Source: Lama guanicoe
Taxonomy: Eukaryota
NCBI GenBank assembly: GCA_013239625.1
Contig: MU054187.1
Location: 9,941,231 to 10,005,230, forward strand
DNA length: 64,000 nucleotides
Direction of reading: 5' to 3'
Shown here: positions 39,357 to 53,754 of the stretch, one piece after another
Position numbering within the stretch: the stretch's first letter is position 1
Layout of the letters: every line of letters starts with the position of its first letter
Position numbers and translations under genes: made by a program
The notes under the pieces: model-generated
Database searches by the model: none
What the model was told of the DNA's origin: nothing
The model's input: the letters and a program-made list of their open reading frames with translations, nothing else

Positions 39357-40081
39357 GTTTTTAATCACATTCTTTTTTTTTTTCTTTTTTCCCCCCACAT
39401 TTCTAAAGTTGTTCAGTAACATTTCTCTTCTGTTCTCTGACATAGTTCCTACTGTGATTTTGAGAATTTGGTTACTCTGAGTCAGGAAGCATAATGTTAT
39501 TCATGCTGTTTCCAATAACTTTTCTACATCAGTATTTTGAAAAAAGTGAATAAGGAAATATAGTTTGTTTCTTAATACTGTTTATTTTTTCTCAGCTTTA
39601 TTACTTACTTATGTATACTTCAGCTGCTTCTAACACTTTTATTTGCTAGTGGACATTTCTTAAAATCAAATCATCTTTTTACCCATACACAGTTATGCTT
39701 TTTATACCCATAAGAATTAGTTTGAATTAGTGAAAATGTATCAGATGTTGTATGATAAACTGTACAGTGAAATTCGGTTTTCACTTTTTTATAATCATTT
39801 GCTCTCCCTTGTAAAACCACAATATACAAAGAAAATAAATGAAGCAATTAAAAGTTTCTTTTGATGTCTGGTCACATCCCCCTTTCTTAAGCAAATGTTT
39901 TTGATTTGCTGTTATACAAGGTCCTTTAATTAAAGGTTCTGTAAATTAAACATTATTCAGTATCTTTATGACTTGCTAGGAAAAGTTGTCATCATCTTTA
40001 TCAAGTATATATGAAAATATGTTACATATTTAAAATTCAAAGGAAATTTAAAGAATACACCACCTTGCATTATATATATTT

Positions 40082-40207
40082 TTTAATTTTGGGGGGGGAC
40101 GGGGAGGAAATTAGGTTTATTTATTTATTTAGAGCAGGTACTGGGGATTGAACCCAGGACCTCATGCATGCTAAGCATGCACTCTACCGTGAGCTATACC
40201 CTCCCCC
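40082..40207 (-). mobile_element. Vic-1-type SINE
   Basis: ggtactggggattgaacccaggacctcatgcatgctaagcatgcactctacc..gagctataccctcccc; probable TSD atatattt (40074-40081 / 40208-40215). Confidence 0.88.
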
Positions 40208-41225
40208 ATATATTTCGATGACTATAAAAGTACCCATTTATTTACTGCAGATTCTCTTTTGTGCTTTCACAAAAATTTTGACTTTACACTAGAGAAGAAC
40301 TCTGTTAGGAAGTCCTTCTGAAGTATCCCTGACTGATCATACCGTCTTTTTACATTTTTAAAAATTTTCAACACATACGACTCATTGGCCAAATAGGCAG
40401 ATGAATGGGGAGCTGTGATTAAAATGACTAGCCTTGCATCTTTCGAACCTTTAATAGTGACACTAATCTATGCAGCCTTTTTGAACATTTCAAGAGATAT
40501 GTTTGTTCTTTCTATGGACAGCCTGACCACTGTTTGATCTCTAACTACAGGAAAATGCTTTCCTACTTTGATCCACAAAAAATTTCTGCCCAGTGGATCC
40601 AGTTTTGATTTTTGGAGTACTAAAATTGAAACTTATGATTTTGTTGAAATTATTAATTTGGCTCTCACTCTGAGTCTGTAATAATTCACCGTGCAGCAGC
40701 AGCATCAAAACACCTTTTCATTTTACTGAAGACTTCTTTCTGATTATCATTATTTTTCCCTTCATTGGCTTCTTTTTCTGTACTGAGATCAATGGTACAG
40801 ACCCCCTTCTCTACCCTTCTCTACCACACCCAGTACTGTTTGTAATTCCCTCTCAGCCCCTAACTTTCTCTATTGTAGTAATAACATTTCAGGCATCTAG
40901 CTCTGCTTACCATGCAGAAACACTGGAAAAATCAAAATTTTCTATGTTCTCTTCCCAAGAAAGCGCACAAGCTTGATGATTGCACAGCAGAATTTACTGT
41001 CTATTGCCTTTCTTTACACCACCAGGGTTTTGGTGCTGGTGTTGTGGCCAGGATGCTGTAGTTTAAGAAGTCATATAAAATCATATTTCCCTTTTTTTGT
41101 GAATTGAAGTTCCCTAAATTAACTTTCATTCCTTAAGAATTAACCTAAAATAGGCTTTCTGAATGCAGGGAACTATTGAGAGTCACCTAATTTATTGCTT
41201 TGCCATTATGAGTGTATGTGTTTAA

Positions 41226-41277
41226 TATATGTATATGTGTGTATATATATACATGTGTATACACACATACATATATG
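41226..41277. repeat. Alternating purine-pyrimidine (TA/TG/CA) tract, quasi-palindromic
   Basis: atatatgtatatgtgtgtatatatatacatgtgtatacacacatacatatatg. Confidence 0.8.
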
Positions 41278-42690
41278 ACATTTAATATTTTAAAGGCCTT
41301 AGGGAGCTTGAATATATCTGAAAGTTGAATATTATAATGTGTACTTAAGGTTCATTGTTCTCTAATATTTTGTCTTCATTAGGCCTGTTTTTGAGGCTCT
41401 TTTTAATGTTTGTTGTTTTTTCCTTTTACTTTGATTCTTAGATGAAAAACCATGTTTATTAAGTCCATACTAATTTGACTTAAATTTAATTTTTGGCTTA
41501 TTATGATACCTGGATACGTTTCCATTTTCTTTGTTTAGAACATGTGTTTTCTTTTGGTTTTATTTTTGTAATGTTTCTATTTTTAAAAGAACTTAGCTTT
41601 GCCTGTCTCTAATAATATTTCTTCAGACTCTTAATTGCCTCAAAGGTTTAAAATTCGAGTGATCATCAAGGTGAAACATACTACTCAGTTTTGTTTTGCT
41701 AATCGGATTTTCTATCATAATGTAAGATTTTAATGTTTAGCTATTGATTTGGCTTTCTGCTGATCTATTCAAATACGTATTAATAAATTTAAATACAAAG
41801 GCAAAATAGACCTAAAAGCTAAACTGCAAAGCAGTCAGCCTATGACGTATTACATGAGTGAGAGAAATAAATGCTTTAGATTGATGATAAAGAGACTAAA
41901 AAATAATATTAAAAAGTTATATGAGGCTTAAATTTAAATATCAGTTTTTTTTCCTGCACTCAAAAAGACCCCTGAGGTATAATTATTTTCCAGATTGATT
42001 TTATGGAATAATTTTTTTCCTTTCCCAGAATGTTTAATACTATTTTTAGGTAATAAATAGCATATTTTTATTGTTCATGTTTATATCTCATTAACCCAAT
42101 AGAATTTTAAAATAAAAATTATTGCAATGATTAAAACAGTCATTCTAATTTGTAGAAATGTTTAGAGCTGACTTGCTGATCTGTTGTTTAAACCATGGAT
42201 GGGAATCAACTTTTGGAATTACTGATTTTTTAAAACAATTTTAGACAATTTTTATATGTGTATACCTAATACATTTTAGTATATAATTAGGCAATATTCT
42301 TAAGAAAAGGACATTTACATCCATGCATAAGAACTTAAACATGTACCTTTTTTCCCTCTGTAAATTTTACTCTAAATCTTTGCTGCAATGAGAGTTGTCT
42401 AGGCTATTAATGTTTATGTTTCCCCGGTGTCTTTCTGGTATAGATATGTTATGATTTTTCAACTATGCATTAATTTTATTTTAGTTTCACCATTTTTCTT
42501 TCTCTCTTTATTTTTCATCTGGTCTTTAGATTCTAATCTCAGCCTTCTTTTTCTGACTTTAACCGTTGGATTACTGTATTTAGCACATTTTTTTCAAAAT
42601 TTGAATTTATCAATAGAGTCTTCGTTCTTTAACCTGTACGGTTTCTAAGCATTGGCTAATGGTATGTTTTTGCAAAATTTCTCTTTCAAG

Positions 42691-42803
42691 GTCATATGCA
42701 AACACAGAACTCTCCTTTTGCTCGGGGAAATATATTTTGTGAGCCTCCAACTGAACTTCAAATTAAACAGCAGGAGTTATACAAGAACTTTCTTCGTTTT
42801 CAG
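42691..42803 (+). CDS. CSPP1: CSPP1 exon 16 (113 nt): [37 protein letters not shown]
   Basis: ctctttcaag acceptor, CAG|gtaaaa donor, phase 1 to 0. Confidence 0.95.
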
Positions 42804-45800
42804 GTAAAATGTTTATTTGACAATAATTTGAAAGTTTCATATGAATTTTAATAAACTAAACTTGCAAAGATTTTTCATGCAAGATAACGAATAAATTCTA
42901 AAATGCCATTCAGTTATCTGAAATAATTTATATCAACTATAAATTATATTATCATTATTATTTCATTTATATTATTATACTGTTCTTATATCTGAAAAAG
43001 GAGCAAGGAGACATATTAGATATACTGGTTGACTTAATCTTTCCTAAATTTTACTAAATCATTAATTGTTAAAGAATGCTGAAATTTCTGAAACTGAAAG
43101 ACTTAATAAAATGTTCACCTATTAGTCATAGAGTATCTTTCTAGATGCTTGTGTGTTAGTAGAAAATAATGAATTTTTTCCTAAATGATTTGATATTCTT
43201 GACTCAGTTGTATAGTTTGTAAGTAAATAAATATTAAATGTAGTCACATTTTGCAGTTATTTGCCCCATTTATGTATGTAAACAAATAGCATTTAAAATA
43301 GTAGAAATGAGCAAAGGAAGACACTTGAACATCAGGTGTTTATTAAGCAAACGGATTTATTGACCTCTCATACTGTGTCCACCCTTGGGATGAAGGCGGA
43401 ATGAGAGACCTGCCCATAGGGGGCTCAACAATATTTTTCTCCTTATCTCCCTCCCCTCCACACCCATGCTTAATCCTGGTGTCAGATTGATACTGTGTCC
43501 AGGTTAATCTTCCTTTTATATGACTTCTCATGTTATTCTTAATTCAAAACCTGATAGCAGCTTTTCTTTTCTACAGAAAATGTCCATATTCCTTGGTCTA
43601 ATGTTTAATGCTATCCAGTCTAATCCCAACCTCTTAAACAATTCTTCTTAAAGACATTCTACTCAAACATGCCCCCTTTCTAATCCTAATTATTGTGGAT
43701 TCTTAAATAAGGGAGTGACATAGTGGATGTAGTCTTAATTAAGGATGATTGTCCTGGCATTAATGTTGAGGATGTATTTTTGGAGGATTTAAAAGATTGG
43801 AAGGAGGGGTATTTTACTGGAGTGGTGACATTGGAAATGAATGGAAAGACCTTTCTAAGGATCAACAATGAATAGAGAAATTGAGTGTGAGAGAGTAGCA
43901 ACAGAGATCCCAAGGGTGCTGGGCACTCACGTCAGGTTATCAGCAGATTGAGGGTCAGAGAGTTACCTGTTGAACTTGAATCAGTACGTGTATTGCCCAT
44001 AATGACAGCAAGTCAAAATTACGTAGCTCCTATTATACTTAGCAACTGTTAGCATGGTCTAGGGTAGAATTTAGGGGAAAATAAATATATCTTGCAATTT
44101 TTTAGCCTTTTATTATTTGTAAGGTACTTTCATAAATAGTGTCTTATTAAACCTCAAAACCCTCTGAGGAAGTTATTACTATTTTTATTTTAAGACCTGC
44201 AACTAAAACATAGGCTGACGCTCACCTGTGTGGCAGAGCTAGCAAGTTGTGAGGCCAATGCTTGAACCGAAGCCTCCTGACTTTTAAGTATCATGTCTGT
44301 ACGTACTACACTTACGTTTGTAGAGAGCTCTAGAAAGTCTTTCCTCTGGAAAAAATACTAGTAGTGGGGGAAGCTGTGACTGTATTAGTTTCAGAGTAAG
44401 TTCAGCCTTCAGTTCTCTCACTGTCTAAAATGGTGATTTAGGTATTTTCTTTTAGCTGCCTTTTAAAGCCCTCATCTTCCCCCAAACAAAATCTAACCCC
44501 AAACTCTAAGGAAACATAGAATAACTAAATGGTATTATTACTGTCAACAATATAGTGTCAGACAAGAAGTATCCCCCAACTTAAGTGTGAGAAGAAATGT
44601 TATAAAATGTTCCAATCTGTGCACAAAGATGACAAAGGAAGCCTTAGCTTCATGTCTGCACAAATAAGTTATACCATGAAAATTAGTGCAGCAGAGGTCT
44701 TCATGTGGTTAAAATTTGGTAAATAATACATGTGGGTATTTAGATGTCAGTTTTAATTACAACTTTAATTAGCAAAACTAATAAAATATTTGCAGGACCC
44801 TGAAATACTTTTGTATTGTACAGTTTGAAAACCACTGACCTAGAAGATAGCTTTCCTCTTTCTCTTGAATTGCTGATTAGCGTTTTTGTTGAAACGATAC
44901 TTCTGCAGATTATTAGATATGTGATCCATTTATGATTGTGACCCATTAATGGAGGAGTGGCCTTGTGGTTATGATTTTACTTTTTTCATGGAGTAGGAAA
45001 GGGTGAACTGAATGTTAAATGTGAGGTTTTGTTGTATGGATCATGAATGATGCTTTCTCTAGGGCTCCTGTAATTAAAGACGTGATTACATATACTGCTT
45101 AGTACTAAATATTAGGATTGTACATATTTAATAGTGTTGTGAGAAAGAAGTGTTGGAAAAAAAATCCTAGCATGTAAAATCATGGGACATGTAAGAAGAT
45201 TAAAGTTATTATAGCTCAAAAGATTGACAGTATTAATAGAACAACCCTGAAGCTAGAGGAGATTCAGACAGGAACAGTAAAAATAATATGAATAGTCATA
45301 ATCAAGCCATACTTAAGAGTGATGAAAATCTGCTCATTACCTTAAACCAGCGTCATGAATACCCAGTATCCGTGCTGCCGTTCATCTCTACCTCGTTCGT
45401 GAGGGATGTAGACCATCTCTGAGTCCTCTTCCTTTCTGATCTTTGACTCCACCTTAGAATACTTCCCCAGAGTACTCAGCACTGCAGTCTTCAGGTGGTG
45501 TTTAAACAAAACTTAATTTTGAATCCTTGTAGCTAAAATCCTTGTTCACTTTGCAGCTTGCCAGTAGCTGGGAGAGAAGGAAGGCCATTCTAGGGAAGGG
45601 ATTCTTAAGCTAAAATGTTTCACTGTTGTTTTGGGATACTGATCAAGCCAAGGGACACTGAGACATAATAGTAGCAGTCATTATAGACTAATATAATCAT
45701 GAATTGTTTACTGAATACTTTGTATATAGGAGGAATTTTTTTGTTTTTTTATGTACGTTGTTTCATTTCAGCTCTTAGAGCATCCCTTTGAGATGTTGAC

Positions 45801-46067
45801 ATTAATAACTCTTTTTTCTAGATGACAAAACTGAACAAGAAAGTTTCTTAAGGTCACACAGTCTGTTGGAGCTGGAATTTTACTCATAGCTCTTAACATT
45901 ACTTCATGTGGGTTTTTAAAATATAGGAAACTGAAAAATTTAGGAACTTACGTTTACTTACAAAAAGAGGGTGCAGATGTTGAAGTCACAGGATACTAGG
46001 ATGATTAAGTGATATTCTAACTTTTCAATAGTTTTACAAAAGAATTAACTAGGTTTAATTTTTTTAG

Positions 46068-46250
<183 letters not shown>

Positions 46251-46621
46251 TGAAAGTGAAATATTTATTTTGATTTGAAAAGATATTTATTACTTACAAA
46301 GGAGAAGTCTTGGAATACATTTAGGAAATATCAGATCAATATCCATTCATTGGATATTACTTTATTAAAATGAAAGACTAAATTTTAAATTAAGAAAAGA
46401 GGTAAATTTTGACTTTTTTAAAGCCAGAAAATAGTTTAGGCTGACTAAGATGTTATAAGCCTAGCATTTTATTGGTAAGCGGACAGTTTCTTTATGTTAA
46501 AGACTACTGTATCCTCTATACCGTCAATTTTATCTCTTTATTTCAGACAAATAAGACAGCAGGTTTTTGAATGGACTATAGAATATGTATATGGAGTATA
46601 TTTTTTCGCTTTATTTTAAAG

Positions 46622-46768
46622 CAAAGGCTGAAAAATGAAGAGCTTATTCGGCTAGCTGAAGAAAGACGAAAAGAAGCAGAAAGAAAGAAGAAAGAAGAAG
46701 AAGAAAAACATAACCTACAACTTCAGCACTACTATGAAAGAGAAAATATAGTTGGGGAAGAAACAAAG
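46622..46768 (+). CDS. CSPP1: CSPP1 exon 18 (147 nt): [49 protein letters not shown]
   Basis: ttttaaag acceptor, AAG|gtaagt donor, phase 0-0. Confidence 0.95.
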
Positions 46769-47111
46769 GTAAGTTTCAGACAAAAGTCTATGAAACCCAT
46801 AGTTTAACCACTTTCCCTGTGAGAGTGATGGAGCAGTTAGCAGGAGAGAGAACGCGGAGGAGGTGCTTTTCGTCTTTCCTTTCATCCTGCTGCTCTGTCT
46901 GGGTGCTGCGCACTGAACTTCCTGTGCTAGATGATGTCACTGCTGTGAACATAATGGGTTTACTTCCTGTCACCATTCTTCGTCTTGTTCCCATGGTCTT
47001 TAGACTAGCACTGTAGGAACTGTTCCTTCATGACGAGAGTTAAGTGTAAAAATTGAGTGTTTGGGAACTTTTGTAGCAATTTGTCAATGTAAAGTTTTCA
47101 TTTATCTAGTA

Positions 47112-47278
47112 CAGCCAACCCTTGTACAGCGCGTGGTTGGCCCTCCACACCTGCGCTTCCCGTGCACCTGTGAATTCAGTCGACCGCTGGCTCTGCAGAA
47201 TTGTAGTATTTGCCTTTGAAAAATGTCCTTGTGTAAGTTGACCCGTGCAGTTAAACCTGCACTGTTCAAGGGTAGCTG
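47112..47278. mobile_element. TcMar-Tigger MITE (Tigger2/MER8-related)
   Basis: TA TSD at 47110-47111 and 47279-47280; imperfect TIRs cagccaacccttgtacag / ctgttcaagggtagctg. Confidence 0.75.
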
Positions 47279-49285
47279 TAATTTATTCTTACTCTGCTTT
47301 ACACATCTGTCCATGACAGATTGGAAATTAAAAAAGAAAGACTTGTGGCTCAGCAAAGACTGGTTTGAAGTTTACATCTCTGAGATGGGAGTTGATGTTC
47401 ATGATTAGGTTCGTGAATGAAAGTTATTAGAACTTTTCTCCCTAGAAAGCCAGTTTGCCCATACAAGGATCCAGCTCATACCCTTGCTCATATTTCAAAA
47501 CTATATTTAAAATTTTGTATGCATAAATATCACTAGGGACTTACTAAAAATGCATCTTCTTGGGTCTCATCTACAAAGTACCTTATTTGCTCAGTCTGGT
47601 TTACTAACCCTTAGGGATTGGATGCAATTAGCCTGTAACCACACCTTGAAAAACCTTATGTCTTCTAAGTTTAGCCTAATTTAAAGAAAAATTGTTTTCA
47701 GAAATTTAGATATATACAGATATTATTTCTTGTAAATAGAACTGACAGAAAGATTACTTTTAACCAGTGGGCTCCTCTGGTGTATTTATGATGTGGTTTG
47801 GTACACTGTTCAGTGTGTAACCTACTGTGGGTAACATGATCCATTTCTGAGTGGTTCAGATACATTGATTTCTTACCCCAGAGTTTTATGGTGATAGAAA
47901 TCTAAGCATTCATAATTTGAATTTTATGGAAAGCATTGTTTAAAAGGGCATTTATAAGTCAGATCTGTATTTTTTTTCTTCAGTGTTCCAGGAATGTTAG
48001 GCAGTACCTTCATTCTTAGGATATAAAGTTGAATCTATATTTGCTCAGCCTTTTAAAGCATATCATCTAAGTATCATATGATTCATAATTTAATAAAGTT
48101 TTTTTTTTAAGTTTTTTTTTAGAGTAGTGTTTGGTTTATAGCATAATTGTGTGGAAAGCAGAGAATATTTATTGTAAAGTTGATTATCTGAAAATGAATG
48201 TTATTAGTTTCACAATTGTGTTTCTGCCACATTCTTAATTATGTTTAAGAAAAAAAATGCTATTTCTGAGGAATATATAATTTTATGACTGTTCTAATTT
48301 AATTGTGAAGTATCATAAAGTTTTAGATCAGCTTTGTCTCATTTAATGCATTTTGCCCTCAATTCTTAAATTATCATTGCTGTCATTTTAAAATTTATGT
48401 AGGCCTGGTATACATTTTTGTCTACTTTTAATTTTTACTTTTATGTCACTATTTTTTATTTTTTAGTCTGTATATTTACTTAGTTCGTTAAATTTGTTTT
48501 TTTATCCTAACCTGAGTTAGTCTTTTAAATAGTGATATCTAAGTCCATTTGTTTATCATAACCAGTATATTTTGATTATATTAATTGAATTTCTGACTTT
48601 TTTGTTTGTTTTTGCTTCCTTGACAGTTACTTGGTTTTTTTAATCATGCAAACTATGCTTTGTTTGCTTCATCCTCTACAGGCCTTTGGAAGGTTTAGAT
48701 TGTCTTTATAATTCTGCTGGTGGTCACCTAGAGGGTTTTTTTTTTTTTCAACTTTGCCTCTCATGCATTTCTGACTTTAACAAAGTCACCAGTGAAAGTA
48801 GTATTTGATCTTGTACTGTGCAAAATAAGCAATTTAACATCCACACTTATACTCTGGTCTGGGCCTTTTTTTACCCAGATAATTATTGCATTTTGTTGGG
48901 AGTTTTTATGTTTTCAGCATTTTGATTTTAATATGAAGTTGGGAACTGTTGGCTTTATTACACTGTAATGTGGAACCCTGTTTTATTTTCTTACGGAGAC
49001 ATAGAACCCTGTCACGATTCATGATGCACTTGGTGAGAAGGGAGCTAGATTTTAGAGGTTGATTTCTACTGTTTTCCAGAAAAGGGTTCTTGTTTTCTGT
49101 ATTGTCCTATTTCTTTTTATTATTAAGACAGTTTTTACTTTGGCTTATTTTTTTGTTTTTGCTGCTTTCCCAACATTTGACAGGCTGTTGCTTCACTTCA
49201 GTTGTTGAATTTTTTTTAATCCTACTCTGAGAGTCATATTCTTTTAATAAGGGTATCTAAATCCATTTATGTTTATCATAACTGA

Positions 49286-49475
49286 TTTTTTAAAAAATTG
49301 AAGCATAGTTGATTTAGAATGTTGTGTTAGTTTTTGGTGTACAGTATAGTGATTTAGTCATACATATATATCCATATTCTTTGTCATTATAGACTATTAC
49401 AAGATATTGAATATAGTTCCCTGTTTTATACCATAGGACCTTGTTGTTTATTTTATATATAGTATTTTGTATCTG
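49286..49475 (-). mobile_element. Short L1 3' UTR insertion with 8-bp TSD
   Basis: ttgaagcatagttgattt..ggtgtacagtatagtgatt..gatattgaatatagttccctg; TSD ataactga at 49278-49285 and 49476-49483. Confidence 0.8.
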
Positions 49476-49740
49476 ATAACTGACATATTTGATCTTAATA
49501 AAATTAAACTTCTGACCTTTTTTTAGTAAATTCATGTAGTTTTAATTGAAGTTAGTTGATTTACAATATTATGTTAGTTTTGGGTGTACAGCATGGTGAT
49601 CCTTGTATTTTTATAGACTTTTGGTAAGTATTTTATTTAAAAAAAAGCAATAGCATTCTGAACTTCTTGGATGGTCTTGTTAACTATTAGAGGTGTGTGT
49701 GTATGTGTTCATATATATATATATTTTTTTCCCCCCTCAG

Positions 49741-49845
49741 CACTTTAGACAGCCTTCTCCTGTAGTTCCTGCTCTTCAGAACAAGATTGCAAGCAAACTC
49801 CAAAGACCACCTTCAGTTGACAGCATTATAACTTCCTTTGAGCAG
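49741..49845 (+). CDS. CSPP1: CSPP1 exon 19 (105 nt): [35 protein letters not shown]
   Basis: ttttcccccctcag acceptor, CAG|gtgcgt donor, phase 0-0. Confidence 0.94.
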
Positions 49846-50149
49846 GTGCGTACTTTTGACTCGTTTGTCTTATTAGCTAAGTTATTTGGATTGGGGGGAT
49901 TGGATGATATTTTCTTATTTATCATATTTAGCTTGGTTACATTTTCTCAGATTTGAAATACAGATAATGTTTCCATTAATTTGTGTGCGGCCTCAGTTGT
50001 AATGCTCAGGGCCCTAAAGTTAAATTCTTTTGACAAATCTTAATTTAGCAAATAGGCCTTTTCTTTGATAATATATCTTCTAGCTAGCTGTAATAAAGTT
50101 CCTTATACTTTAAACTGAGCTACAATCAAAAGAGAGCTACGAAAATGTT

Positions 50150-51500
50150 TCAGAAGGATTGATCCTTGAGTTGACTCTTGAAGATTGAGTAGGAATTTGC
50201 CACAAGGAGGAGGAGGAGGAGGAGGAGAAGGGGGTACTTTGAGTACACACTAAATCCTGGAGGGGACTGTTCGCCACATGGCACACGTGGGGAATGCGTG
50301 GTTGAGTCTGGTCTGCTGATCCCAGCCAAGCGGCAGAGGAGGTGAAGTCAGGTGGATGCAGGGCGTTGTGTGGAGCTAAGGGGTTTCACTTCATTCCTTA
50401 GGCCAGTGGATATCAAACAGGCTAATTACCAGAATAGGTAAAGAAACATATTAAAACATCTTCTTCAGTCCCACCCTCTGAGATTCTGATTTAATAGGTC
50501 TGTGGTGGATAATTTATGGGAATACATATTAATACTTTAAGTAGGGGAATGATGTGGCCATGTTTTTCTTGCGTAGTGTTTTCTCAGGCAGTGGTGTGGA
50601 GATATACTGTGGAGGCTAATCAAGGCTATAAACATGGAGACAAGTTAAGATGCTTTTGCGGAAGTCCAGATGTGAGACTTTGAGGACCTAAGCAGAGGTA
50701 GTGACGTGAAAAACTGAGAAGGGGTGACAACTTCTAGATATATTTAAGGGACACGGATAGTGGTATTTACTGACTGTGTGTGCTGGGTAGGAGTCAGTGA
50801 CAACTTTCAAGTTTCTGGCAGGGGTTATATTGAGTCAGCGGCTGAAAAAACACCTTATGGCTAAGGAAAGAGCTCTGGACTGGATTTGTAGTTTTGGAAA
50901 ACACTAGCATTATGGCTTGTCTAATTAGTATGATTGTCTGGGATACATTCAGGAGAAGAAAAGAGGGCTGAGGATGGAAAAATAGGGAATTACCAACAAA
51001 TTAAGAAGCAGAGCAAGGAAATAGAGACAGAGGAAGTGACAGCGAGTGGCAGTGATATCAGGTGCTACTGGCCAAGTTAAATAAGGGCCTGAAATGCCCA
51101 TGGAATGTGTCACTTGGGGATTGCTTGGTGGCAGTGCTAGTGGGAGTGATGTGTAGAGGCAAAGGCAGTTGAGGTGTGGTGAGGAGTGAATGGGAATAAG
51201 GAAGCAGGTATCATACTTCCCTGCACGTACTGTTTTGTAAACAAGCATGGCTGTGAAGGAAGAAGAGAATGGATAGTAGATAGTGATGAAGGGTGAGAGA
51301 AGAAGTTTTTTAAAGAGGGGAGAGAGTTTTAAGCATAAGCTGAAAGAAAGGTGGTTGAAGAGGGGAAGAGGGTGGAGAAAAAAGAGTATTTGATGGAGGA
51401 GCTGGGAGTCACTTCCCTGATGTGGAGTATAGGTGAAGGGATTATCTGTTTAGGGGCAGAGCCTCTCGCATTGAGATGGGAAGAAAAAACAGATGTAGGT
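50150..51500 (-). mobile_element. L2 LINE fragments (with small MER5-like insert near 50430-50510)
   Basis: Purine-rich L2-like body; cccaccctctgagattctgatttaataggtctg is a MER5 motif. Confidence 0.55.
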
Positions 51501-51629
51501 AAATTTATACGTAGAATGGTGGGGAGTTTGGTTTCTCTTACGTGTAGTTACTTTGAGAAATTCTTTTTTGTCAAGATTCTGAATAGGGGAGGACATACTG
51601 AGTGTATCTTTGTCATGATTATTAAACAG

Positions 51630-51696
51630 GAAAGTTCCATGTCCAGAGCACAGTCTCCTCCAGTACCTGCCAGGAAAAATCAGCTTCGGGCCGAAG
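51630..51696 (+). CDS. CSPP1: CSPP1 exon 20 (67 nt): ESSMSRAQSPPVPARKNQLRAE
   Basis: attaaacag acceptor, AAG|gtagag donor, phase 0 to 1. Confidence 0.94.
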
Positions 51697-52200
51697 GTAG
51701 AGTTAACTATTAAACCTTTAATCTACTCTTTTTTAAAATACTTTCTACTTTGAAAAATAGACTCACACAGAGTGTTGCAAAATAGTGGAGAGAGGTGCTC
51801 GGCACCCTCGCCCCAGCTTCCCGCAGTGGTGCAGATACCACAACCCGGAACTTGACGATGGCGTGCTCTGTTGACCTTTGTCAGGTTTTAACCTGCACCG
51901 ATTTATGTGTGTTTGTGTAGTTCTATGCATTTTTATCATGTGTTAAGTGTTGTAACTGCACGCAATCGAGGTACAGAACTCTCCATCACCAAAGAGGTAT
52001 TTGTTCCGCTGCCCCTTTATAGTTGGACTCTCCCACCCCAAGAGTGTTTCTTAACTTTTGAAATTCCTGTATTATCAGAAATGTGTTTGTGGGTCTTAAT
52101 GATGTTCATAGACATGATCTGTATATATAAAGCATTAAAATAACTTCCATAAAAATGTCTCTGAGCATTTTAGCTTTATGATAAGTCAGGTTATGTTTAA

Positions 52201-52467
<267 letters not shown>

Positions 52468-52667
52468 TAGGATTAATCCTTCTCATAAAGCCACATCTAT
52501 TAGAATGGATAGTTTGCCTGCTTAAAAAATTTTTTAATGGGTAATTGGTGATATTGTAATAACTAAAATAGCCTTTCCCCCCCAAAAGAAATCTAGCTAA
52601 AAAATTATATTCTAGTGGAGGGACTCTGTGCAACTAATTCAAAATAGTGTATGTTTTTTCAGCTTAG

Positions 52668-52790
52668 TTTTTTGTTGTTTTTGTTGTTTTGAAGTACAGT
52701 CGGTTTACAATGTTGTGTCAGTTTCTGGTGTACAGCATAGTGCTTCAGTCATACATGAAAGTACAGATAGTTTTCGTGTTGTTTTTTCGT
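52668..52790 (-). mobile_element. L1 3' UTR fragment
   Basis: gaagtacagtcggtttacaatgttgtgtcagtttctggtgtacagcatagtg, same family as the 49286 insertion. Confidence 0.75.
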
Positions 52791-53754
52791 CTGTCTGTGT
52801 TTGTAGTATGTGGTAGGTTTTCCTTCTTTTCTTGCCAAGCAGCTCTTTCTCTAATTAGCTAATACGCTTCTTGATTCACATTCTTCAACTTTATGTAGGT
52901 AAGTTGCCTTCATAAAACATTTCTCCATAACTTTGAATCTATTCACTGTGAAAATATGGGCTATTTAATGAATATTGATTTAACCTAATATAAAATACTT
53001 AAGTTGAGCATTTTAACTGCCCCTCTGTACTGCCAGTAATATATTTATAGGGGTGATGGGGTTGGGAGTGGAAAGGAAGAAAGAAAAAAAAAAGAAGTAG
53101 CGCCTTCTGAAAGGCAAACCAAAAAAGTATTATCCCTAACCATGCAATGTTTAATAGGATTAGGTAGTGAGAAAAATCAGTATTGGGAGTAGGCCATTCT
53201 TCAAGCTCTACCTTTAGAACAGATTGTCTGTCTCACTATAGAGAAATCACCAAATGAAAAATAATTGACTAATCTGGGATTCAAACATACAGAAGGCAGA
53301 CAGATGCAGAAGCTGCTTCATAAGCTCATCTAAGTGATAAGGAAGTCTAAGATAGGAAGGAGAGTCTAAACAAGACAGTTATAAAAACAACCTCCTTACT
53401 TTCCCTTTCTTGGTCTTCTGAAAAATCAGGCATATAAATCTGGTCCTTGAGGGGAAGATGATAGTAGGAACAGAGAACTTCGGAGGCAGGGTAGTCAAAG
53501 ACAGTTACATTTTAACATTATTTTTAATATTTTCTTTTAACAATGAAGCTTTTTGAAATACTTAATTTTCAGCAAAATAGCTTACAGACTACCAAACGTT
53601 TCAGGTCATTTTTGCTGAAAGGACTCATAAATTTTCCAAAGTGATGTTCTTCAAACTGCAGGTTGCAGTCTTTTACTAGGTTGTAAAATCAGTGTAGTGG
53701 GTAACTACCATACTTTCTTTAAATGGTGTTTTTTTAAATGGTTTATTTTATAAT

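Noticed and set aside
48525..49285. Imperfect direct repeat (tatctaa.tccattt..gtttatcataac at about 48536 and 49253)
   Set aside because: Most likely two homologous fragments of degraded antisense L1 sequence rather than a functional repeat.
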